Shown piece by piece: positions 56,583 through 64,000 of a stretch of 64,000 bases of DNA (positions within the stretch are counted from its first letter, which is position 1; every line of letters starts with the position of its first letter). The DNA is from an uncultured Clostridia bacterium. GTDB lineage: Bacteria; Bacillota; Clostridia; Christensenellales; UBA1242. The translations under genes were made by a program, and so were the position numbers. The notes beneath the pieces are model-generated. The model was not told where the DNA came from. It searched no databases and saw only the letters and a program-made list of their open reading frames with translations. The stretch covers positions 361,397-425,396 of the forward strand of contig CAKVLR010000002.1 of assembly GCA_934757855.1 (NCBI GenBank). Reading direction: 5' to 3'.

Positions 56583-57233
56583 ATGTATGAATTTGTTAGC
56601 AAAAAAGAAGTGCAATCTGCAAGAAATGAAATTGAGGGTGTAATCCATAATGTGCAAGATTATTTGAGAAAAAATAATATTTTAACTTTTCAATATAATC
56701 TTGTTGGTAGTGCTAGTAAACATAGGCATCTTGTAACAAGAATTGTGGGAGGAAACCAAGGTTTTGATATGGATTATAATATTATTATTCAGTCAATCGA
56801 TGATAAATATAATAATCCTAAAAGAACTAAAATAATTCTTATGCAAACTTTTAATGAATTTCTGCCAAAAGATTTCAAGCCTTGTGAAGATTCTTCATCG
56901 GTGTTCACTATTAAAAAAGTGAATAAACAAAGCAAAAAAATTGTTTACAGTTTTGATTTTGCTATTGTCCATTATTACTATCCTGAGACAGAAGATGAGT
57001 ACTATCAAGTTGAAAGACAAGAATATATTTCTTTTAATAAAAAAGCAAATTCGTATTCTTGGGAATTAAGAAAAATTGCTTCTGACCATAGATATATGGA
57101 GCAATATATCAAACACAATAGTTTATGGAATAGATTAAGAGAAGATTATCTTAAACACAAAAATAGTGAGCCAACAAAGAAATCAAGAATAGTTTATTAT
57201 GAAACTCTCAAACGCATTTATAACAAATATTAA
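56583..57233 (+). CDS. Pol-beta-superfamily nucleotidyltransferase-like protein (216 aa)
   Basis: VGSASK...(18 aa)...FDMDYNI (GS...DxD) and a third acidic strand YSFDFAIV; GGAGG SD; AT-rich like the cas genes. Confidence 0.55.
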   Translation: MYEFVSKKEVQSARNEIEGVIHNVQDYLRKNNILTFQYNLVGSASKHRHLVTRIVGGNQGFDMDYNIIIQSIDDKYNNPKRTKIILMQTFNEFLPKDFKPCEDSSSVFTIKKVNKQSKKIVYSFDFAIVHYYYPETEDEYYQVERQEYISFNKKANSYSWELRKIASDHRYMEQYIKHNSLWNRLREDYLKHKNSEPTKKSRIVYYETLKRIYNKY

Positions 57234-57247
57234 AAAGCACTTCAAAG

Positions 57248-57278
57248 CAATAGGTTATTAACTTGCCTATTGTTTTTT
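57248..57278 (+). terminator. rho-independent terminator after the NTase gene
   Basis: CAATAGG-11 nt-CCTATTG followed by TTTTTT. Confidence 0.75.
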
Positions 57279-57333
57279 ATTTTCCCAGTTTTTTACTTTT
57301 TTGGTGATAATTGCGTACAAAATATTGAGTTTA

Positions 57334-57342
57334 TGTTATAAT
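57334..57342 (+). promoter_or_regulatory. extended -10 (TGtTATAAT), candidate cas operon promoter
   Basis: TATAAT at 57337-57342 with an upstream TG; no good -35 at 17 nt. Confidence 0.4.
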
Positions 57343-57356
57343 GCTGGTGGAGGAAA

Positions 57357-57452
57357 CAAAAAAGGTCCGCAATTAGCGCAGACCTAACATATTTCTATGT
57401 GATGAGTTTAAATTTATTTTAACTCTATCATGTAATTCAGGTGTTTCCACCT
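57357..57452 (-). ncRNA. tracrRNA: tracrRNA candidate (antisense to the cas9 5' leader)
   Basis: The minus strand reads GGUGGAAACACCUGAAUUACAUGAUAGAGUUAAAAUAAAUUUAAACUC...GGUCUGCGCUAAUUGCGGACCUUUUUU. It shares AGUUAAAAUAA with the S. pyogenes tracrRNA. It has its own promoter and an intrinsic terminator. Confidence 0.65.
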
Positions 57453-57458
57453 ATTTAA

Positions 57459-57487
57459 ATAATACATTATTTTAAAGGAGAAGTCAA
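57459..57487 (-). promoter_or_regulatory. tracrRNA promoter TTGACT-17-TATTAT
   Basis: Minus strand: -35 at 57487-57482 and -10 at 57464-57459. The predicted TSS (~57452) is at the start of the anti-repeat. Confidence 0.6.
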
Positions 57488-57491
57488 GCGA

Positions 57492-60400
57492 ATGGCAAAA
57501 GAAAAAGAGAAATTAAAGCATACTAATTATAGCATTGGACTGGATATTGGTACAAATTCAGTTGGTTGGGCTGTTGTAGATGAAAATATGAATTTGGTTA
57601 AGCGTTGTAAAAAGCACTTATGGGGTAGTCGCTTGTTTGATGAGCGCGAAACAGCAAAAAATAGGCGTATATTTCGTACTACGCGCAGAAGGTTATTGCG
57701 TAGGCGTATTCGTATCGCAATACTAAATAAATTGCTACAAGATTTTGTTGGCGACCAAAACTTTTTTGTTAGAATGGAAGAAAGTTTTTTGCAGAAAAAC
57801 GACCGCACTTTGCAAAATAAATACACACTTTTTGATGAAGAAAGTTCTTGCGACATAAAATCAAGTGATGGCAAAATTTTATATACCATAACAAAAGATG
57901 ATGATTTTTATAAATTATTTCCTACAATTTATCACTTGCGCAAAAGCATTATTGAGCATCAAGATTGGATATTTGCTCCAAAACTGGTTTATTTAGCGAT
58001 TCACCATATCTTAAAGAGTCGTGGTAACTTTATCAATGAAAGTTTGGACTCAAAAAATAGCGATGATAAAAATACCGATGAGGACCAAGAACAAGAGATA
58101 GATATAAATAAATTATTTGTTAAAATTTTGCAAGATGCTTGTGATATATATGATGTGGAATTAGAAAATATTGATGAATTTAGCGAATATAAATGGATTA
58201 GAAATCTAAGTGCACAATCGCAGGTATTTTTTGAAGTTTTGCAAAATAATGATTTAAGCAAAGAAGCAAAAATTGCGCAAATAAAACAAAAATTTAATTG
58301 TGGAAAAGATGATACAGAAATTGAATCGCTCCTAAAATTGTTACTTGGCGATTTGGCGGATATCAACAAGATATTTAAGAGTGATACCAAAGAGAAATTT
58401 AAAGTGAAATTTTCAGAGGACAATATTGATGAAAAAATATTAGCAAGTGGTGAATATTCACAATTTTTAGAAAATGCTAAAAACTTGTATTCCTTGGTAG
58501 AGTATCAGCGAATTATGCAAGGCAAAAATTATCTTTCTGATGTAATGATAGAGCGATACAATCGTTACAAACAACAATTAAAAGACTTAAAAACTGTATT
58601 TTTAGCGATTTATCCAAAACAAAATGGCAAAATGCACCCAGAATATCGCAAGTTTTTCCGTGATTTAAAAACTGTTGATGGTTATGCTTGATATACATAT
58701 TCCGTTAATTCTTGTGATGAGAAAAAATTTAAAAGTACTATTATAGGGGCAATAAAAAATAATGAGCAAAAAATAATTAGTGCGGGCATTTGTGCGGAAG
58801 ACAACCAAAGTATTGCGGAAAAAGCGAAAAAAATCTTAATTTGTCTTGGAGAGTATTCGGCAAAAGATGGAAAAGAACAACTTTATGTTGGTATAGACTT
58901 TACAGACAAAGATTTTAGGACAGAGAGTGATAGGCAAAAGCAACAAGAGTTAGGCTTTTTACAGCGCCCTCGCGTGGCTGGTAATGGTATTTTCCCAAAA
59001 CAAGCACACCAAAAAGAATTAGATATAATTCTTAAAAATCAATCAGTATATTGGGGCAATTTTTTAAACAAAAAAACTGATTTCTCAAACAACACAATTC
59101 AAGAAGATATCAAAAAATTATTCAATTTTAAAATTGACTACTATGTTGGACCATTGGGTATCAGCAAAAATGGAACAAACAATTTTGGCTGGGTGGTACG
59201 CAAAGAAGGTTTTAGTGAAATAACTCCTTTTAATTATTACGATGCTGTTGATTTTGAGAAAACTCGTAAAAATTTTATTGAGAGAATGTCTGGCAACTGC
59301 TCATATATTTTGAATAAAAAAGCGTTACCTAAAAACTCAATGTATTACTGCTATTTTAATGTACTAAATGAATTATGCAATATTAGTATTTTGATAAAAG
59401 ACAAATTAATGAAATTGCACGAGATTTCACTAAATGGAAAAAATTGCTTTGATATTATTATTGATAAATTGCTCGAGAAAAATACCTTTAAACAAAAAGA
59501 TTTATTGCATATGCTGACAGAAGAATATGATGATGTGTCTATAAGAGGTTTTTCAAATGGCGAAAAGTTAAATTCTAATTTAAAATCAATTCGCGATATG
59601 GCTAGAATATTTGAGGATAGAAAATTAAATCATTGTGAAATTATGGAATTTCTAGGCAGTGAAAAAGCAAGTATGTATGAAGATGTAATTCGTGATGTTA
59701 CTATTTTCGGCGAAAGCAAAAAAGCACTAAAAGAATCTTTGAGTAAATATCATTTGAAGGAAGATGAAAAAGAGAGAGAGAAACAAATAAACGCCATTTG
59801 TGAGTTAAATTATTCTGGTTGGGGTAATTTGAGCAAAAAATTAATTTTTGGCATTGAATCTGAGAGTAGCGGGAACAAAATTCTAAAATTAATGGAAAGC
59901 GAACATAGAAACTTTATGTCTATTTATATGGACAAGCGATACGGCTTTGATGAGCAAGTAAAAAAACTAAACGAAGTAGATAAACCTAATGTCCTTGAGC
60001 AAATTAACTCGCTTGTTTGCTCTCCTAGCGTAAAAAGAGGGGTTAACCAAGCGTATAAAATTGTGGAGGAACTAGTACAAGTTATGGGACACGCTCCGCA
60101 AAATGTATTTTTAGAGTTCGCGCGTGGTGGAGATTCTAAGAAAAAAGGTAGTGTTATTCCAAACAGACAAAAACAAATTGACAAAAAATATAAAGATGCA
60201 AAAGCATTAAAAGATGGCTTATATGAAAAATATATAAATGCTGACGGTAAATTAAATGAAAATATAAGCCTTTTATCACAAAACGATAAAGAAAATGATA
60301 AATTAAAGAATAAATTTGATAATGAAAAAGTAGTACTATATTTCTTGCAAATGGGTAGATGTATGTACAGTAATGAGATATTAGACTTAAATCATATTAG

Positions 60401-62255
60401 CGAATATGAAGTGGACCACATCGTGCCTCAGTCGATTATAGATGATAATAGTTTTGATAATAAAGTTTTGGTTAAGGTGAAAAGAAATCAACAAAAATCC
60501 AATGGAATTTTAGAGATAAAAGACTCAGAAGTAACGAAATTATGGAAAGAGTTGCGTAAAATGGGGTTGTTGACAGTTGAAAAATATGATAGATTGCTCA
60601 AATTGCAGAATGGCACTCTGCTTGATAATACTGCTGGTTTTGTTGCTAGACAATTAGTGGAAACTAGGCAAATTATAAAAAATACCGCAGAAATTTTAAA
60701 AGACTACTTCAAAGAATATAATGCTAAATCTGCTCAAATTAATGCAGAAAATCAAGCATTTGAAACTTCGGTTTATCCTGTAAAGGCTGAGATGAATAGT
60801 ATTTTTAGACAAAAATTTGGTTATCCAAAGGGCGAAGGTGGCAGGGCTATCAATGACTTTCACCACGCAAAAGATGCCTATATCACAACGGTTATGGGGA
60901 CTTATATGCTAAATCATTGGCATTTAGATGACCCTAAAATGTGGTTTGTAGCAAGGAGTAAAAAGAATGAAGATGACCCTAAATTTGAATGTTCATTTTA
61001 TCAAAACTATATCGAAGATATAAAAGCGGAACAAGACACGCTAAACCCGCAAAATACAAATAAAAGCGGTGTGATTGTTGGTTCGATGAAGAAATATCAA
61101 GACAAAAATTGGTGTGGTAGCAAATGCGAAACTCATACAAACATTACTATTAAAGATGTGCTTAATAATTTTGACCGTAACTACTACTCCGCAGATTGTT
61201 ATTATTCAAGAAAAATTGATTCAAAACCAACAGGTGCTTTTTACGACCAAACCATTTACAAAAGCGACAAGAATAAAGAAAAGTTTGGGAAAACGCGCAA
61301 TCATGAGGGTATTGCGAGTATTTCTTTGGGAAAAATCAAAAAACCAATTATGCCATATGGTGAGAAGGTAGTGCAAAAAATCAATAGAATAGACTTAGAT
61401 GTGAGTAAATATGGTGGCTATTCTTCAACTAAATATGCATATTTTATGCTAATTGAGTACAAAGATGAAAAGGGTAAAGTAATTCAGGAAATAATTGGTT
61501 GTCCATACTACATATTAAAACAATCATCGAATGATATTGAATTAGTGAATAACATAAAAAATAATTTAATAATAAAAAACCAACAAGAATATACTAATTT
61601 TAAAATTTTAAATAAACGATTACCTAAAAAAAGTGTTTTGCAAACTAATTTGTATTCAAAAGTTTCGTTAGATCGGTCTGAACAATTCAAGATTATAAAT
61701 CGCTTCAGTATCCCACGAAATAATAAAGAATTATATCATTTTATTTATTTAATTTTTAAGTATACTAAGAGCAAAGATGAATATGAGGGTAATAGAAAGA
61801 TTACAATAAATTATATTGATTATAATGCATGGCTAAAAGAAAAACAGTATCCGTTAGGTGTGAATATAGATTTAGAGAATTATATAAATGAGAATTTTGC
61901 TAATTTTTATAAGATTTTTCTTGAATATGTTAAGTCAAAACATAGACATAAGACTTCTATAATTAATATTGAAAAAGCATATGCTAAGATTTGTAATGAA
62001 ACTGATTTAGATGCGATATATCACGATACCAATACAAAAACCATACTTGAAAAGAAATTATTATTTATTGTAGGGTTATTAAATATTTCAAAGGGAGAGG
62101 CAGATTTTACATTGTTTGATTTAGCAAAAAATTGTGGACTTATTAGGATTACACAGGAAGTGGACTGGTATAACACTTACATTATTCACAATTCCATAAC
62201 TGGTATTTATTGCACAAAAGAAAAAATAATAAAAAATACACAAGAAAATAGGTAA
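57492..62255 (+). CDS. cas9: Cas9 (type II-A), 1587-codon frame interrupted by one in-frame TGA at 58689-58691 (possible pseudogene or read-through)
   Basis: RuvC-I YSIGLDIGTNSVGWAVV; Arg-rich bridge helix RRIFRTTRRRLLRRRIRI; RuvC-II VFLEFARG; HNH YEVDHIVPQS..N; RuvC-III NDFHHAKDAY. ORF-track pieces 57492-58691 and 58974-62255 are in the same frame, and 58692-58973 is open. Confidence 0.93.
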
Positions 62256-62258
62256 AAT

Positions 62259-63131
62259 ATGAGTTTTAGGACTGTTTTAATTACTCAAAAATCAAAGTTA
62301 TCATACAAAGATAACTTTTTGGTTATTCAAGGTAAAACAACAAATATGGTGCATTTAAGCGAAATTCATACTATTATTGTTGAATCTACAATGGTGCAAA
62401 TATCGGCATATCTTTTAGCTCAATTATCTGCAAACAAAATCAAATTGATTGTTTGCGATGAACGCCACAACCCTACAGCAGAAATGGTACCATATTATGC
62501 AAATTACAATACATCAAAAAGATTTTTAAATCAGGTCAAATGGAATGAGGAAAGTAAAAAAGCCCTTTGGACAAAAATAGTATCAAATAAAATACTAAAT
62601 CAGGCAAGAATTTTAAAAAATTTTGGAATAGAAAGACACAAAATGTTGCTAGGATATTTGAGTGAGGTAGAATTAAACGATGAAACAAATAGAGAGGGAC
62701 ATTCTGCAAAAGTCTATTTTAATAGTTTGTTTGGTATGGATTTTTCGCGGGACAAGGTTTGTGATATAAATATGGCATTAGATTACGGATATACTATTAT
62801 TTTATCTGCGTTTAATCGTACTATATCTAGTTTGGGTTATGCAAACCAATTAGGAATTAAACATAAAAATGAGTACAATTTCTTTAACCTAGGTTGCGAC
62901 CTTATGGAGCCGTTTCGAGTGGTTATAGATGAATTTGTGTATGAAAATCGTGAGCGAATGTTTGATTCTTCATACAAACAAGATTTGGTGCAGTTGTTAA
63001 ATAAGAATATTAATTATTGTGGCAAAAATATGATTTTAACCAATGCAATAAATATATTTGTGCTAAACGCGTTGCGCGCAATTGATGAAAATAGAATAGC
63101 GGAGTATGAAGCATATGAGTACGGAGTATAG
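62259..63131 (+). CDS. cas1: Cas1 (type II)
   Basis: Strong similarity by eye to S. pyogenes Cas1: SKLSYK.N.L, NREGHSAKVYFNSLFG.DFSRD, LDYGYT, EPFR. Confidence 0.95.
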   Translation: MSFRTVLITQKSKLSYKDNFLVIQGKTTNMVHLSEIHTIIVESTMVQISAYLLAQLSANKIKLIVCDERHNPTAEMVPYYANYNTSKRFLNQVKWNEESKKALWTKIVSNKILNQARILKNFGIERHKMLLGYLSEVELNDETNREGHSAKVYFNSLFGMDFSRDKVCDINMALDYGYTIILSAFNRTISSLGYANQLGIKHKNEYNFFNLGCDLMEPFRVVIDEFVYENRERMFDSSYKQDLVQLLNKNINYCGKNMILTNAINIFVLNALRAIDENRIAEYEAYEYGV

Positions 63132-63441
63132 ATTTATGAGATTAATTGTATTTTTCGATTTGCCTACATTTACAAAAAAAGATTTGCAAAATTACAATCA
63201 ATTTAGAAGATTTTTAATAAAAGAAGGTTTTGCAATGATGCAAGAATCTGTTTATACAAAAATTTTGCTAAACGGAACTATGGCGGGGCTTTTAAAAGAG
63301 AGAATAAAAAAGAATTCCCCTCGAAATGGGCTTATTCAACTGCTTTTAGTTACCGAAAAGCAGTTTGCAAACATTGAATTTGTATCGGGAGAGTCTAAAA
63401 GTATAATAGAAGATTCAGACAAAAGGTTTGTGGTGTATTGA
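63115..63441 (+). CDS. cas2: Cas2 (type II)
   Basis: MSTEYRFMRLIVFFDLPT...EGFAMMQESVYTKILLN...VTEKQFANI parallels S. pyogenes Cas2. The start is ambiguous (63106, 63115 or 63136). The TGA stop overlaps the csn2 ATG. Confidence 0.92.
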   Translation: MSTEYRFMRLIVFFDLPTFTKKDLQNYNQFRRFLIKEGFAMMQESVYTKILLNGTMAGLLKERIKKNSPRNGLIQLLLVTEKQFANIEFVSGESKSIIEDSDKRFVVY

Positions 63442-64000
63442 TGAAACTTGGCTTTTTTGAAATAGAAAATCCTATTGAATTTAGACAAGGTTTTGTAAGT
63501 ATATTAGAAATAGGGAACAAAACACTGCTAAGAAATGTTGTATTTGGACTTTATAAATTGTATAATGGCTTGCAAGCGGATATGTCTATCGTGATAGAAC
63601 AAAATAATACGGTTGAAGCGTTGAGTAAATTTGAGTTGGTAACTGATATTATAAATTTAGATTTATCGACTTCGCAAACAAAACTGAATAAGTACCTTTT
63701 AAATGAATTGGAAAATAATCAAGAGGAGTTTAGAGCAGTTTTTGATGAATTATTTGCTATAAAATCTAAAATTTTCAACTTTTTAGATGACATTCCTTTC
63801 GATTTGTGTTATAATGAGCCAGAAGTGCTAGATTTGATAAAAGATTTCAATTTCAAACTAGACTGCAAAAGTGAAGAGGGGCTATTAAAAGGTGTGCTAA
63901 ACTATATCAAAGCAGTAAAGTTATTGAAATTGGCGGAAATTATCATATTTGTGGACCTAAAAAAATATTTTACAGAGGCGGAATTAAAGCAAATTTATGA
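63441..64000 (+). CDS. csn2: Csn2 (type II-A marker), 3'-truncated by the window end
   Basis: Open frame from ATG 63441 to the window end (missing from the ORF track). Position after cas2 and the VTDIINLDLSTSQTKL.. segment resemble S. pyogenes Csn2. Confidence 0.75.
   Translation, partial: MKLGFFEIENPIEFRQGFVSILEIGNKTLLRNVVFGLYKLYNGLQADMSIVIEQNNTVEALSKFELVTDIINLDLSTSQTKLNKYLLNELENNQEEFRAVFDELFAIKSKIFNFLDDIPFDLCYNEPEVLDLIKDFNFKLDCKSEEGLLKGVLNYIKAVKLLKLAEIIIFVDLKKYFTEAELKQIY

Noticed and set aside
58689-58691. An alternative genetic code (TGA = Gly as in code 25, or Trp as in code 4) as the explanation for the in-frame TGA in cas9
   Set aside because: About 17,000 other codons in roughly 55 ORFs, including ORFs of 1541, 1219 and 916 aa, contain no in-frame TGA. 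Trp is written TGG throughout. TGA terminates marR and cas2. A genuinely recoded genome would show many internal TGAs. Low-level read-through is kept as a hypothesis in the main finding.

Overview
Low-GC, Firmicutes-like chromosomal window that uses the standard genetic code: Trp is TGG, and about 55 ORFs have no in-frame TGA.

Left end (origin-proximal type context):
- About 1 kb of ORF-free AT-rich DNA carries 3 perfect and 2-3 degenerate parS palindromes.
- rsmG-mnmG follow. A 7.7 kb insert then separates them from mnmE.
- The insert holds two surface-protein genes. One has a G10 tract that uncouples its SD/ATG from the reading frame. A dense DnaA-box cluster lies between the two genes.

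Middle:
- Housekeeping genes: rlmH (apparently leaderless), an RNase III with two dsRBDs, a two-gene sufC/sufBD pair, nfeD-SPFH, yqfD-ybeY, a catalytically degenerate cdd homolog, trpS, and a marR plus heterodimeric ABC exporter operon.
- Several giant GLUG / Listeria-Bacteroides-repeat surface proteins and an AT-hook-SDR fusion.
- Three tRNA-Leu genes and one tRNA-Gly gene. Each tRNA-Leu is followed by an inverted, tRNA-derived structured element. One of these is also followed by an array of eight small hairpins.

Right end (from about 56.5 kb, visibly more AT-rich):
- A Pol-beta-type nucleotidyltransferase gene.
- A well-supported antisense tracrRNA candidate with its own promoter and terminator.
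- A 1587-codon cas9 frame broken by one in-frame TGA. The ORF track splits this into two ORFs.
- cas1, cas2 and a partial csn2, which together make a type II-A CRISPR-Cas locus. The CRISPR array is not in the window.

All family assignments come from motif recognition by eye. No database search was run.
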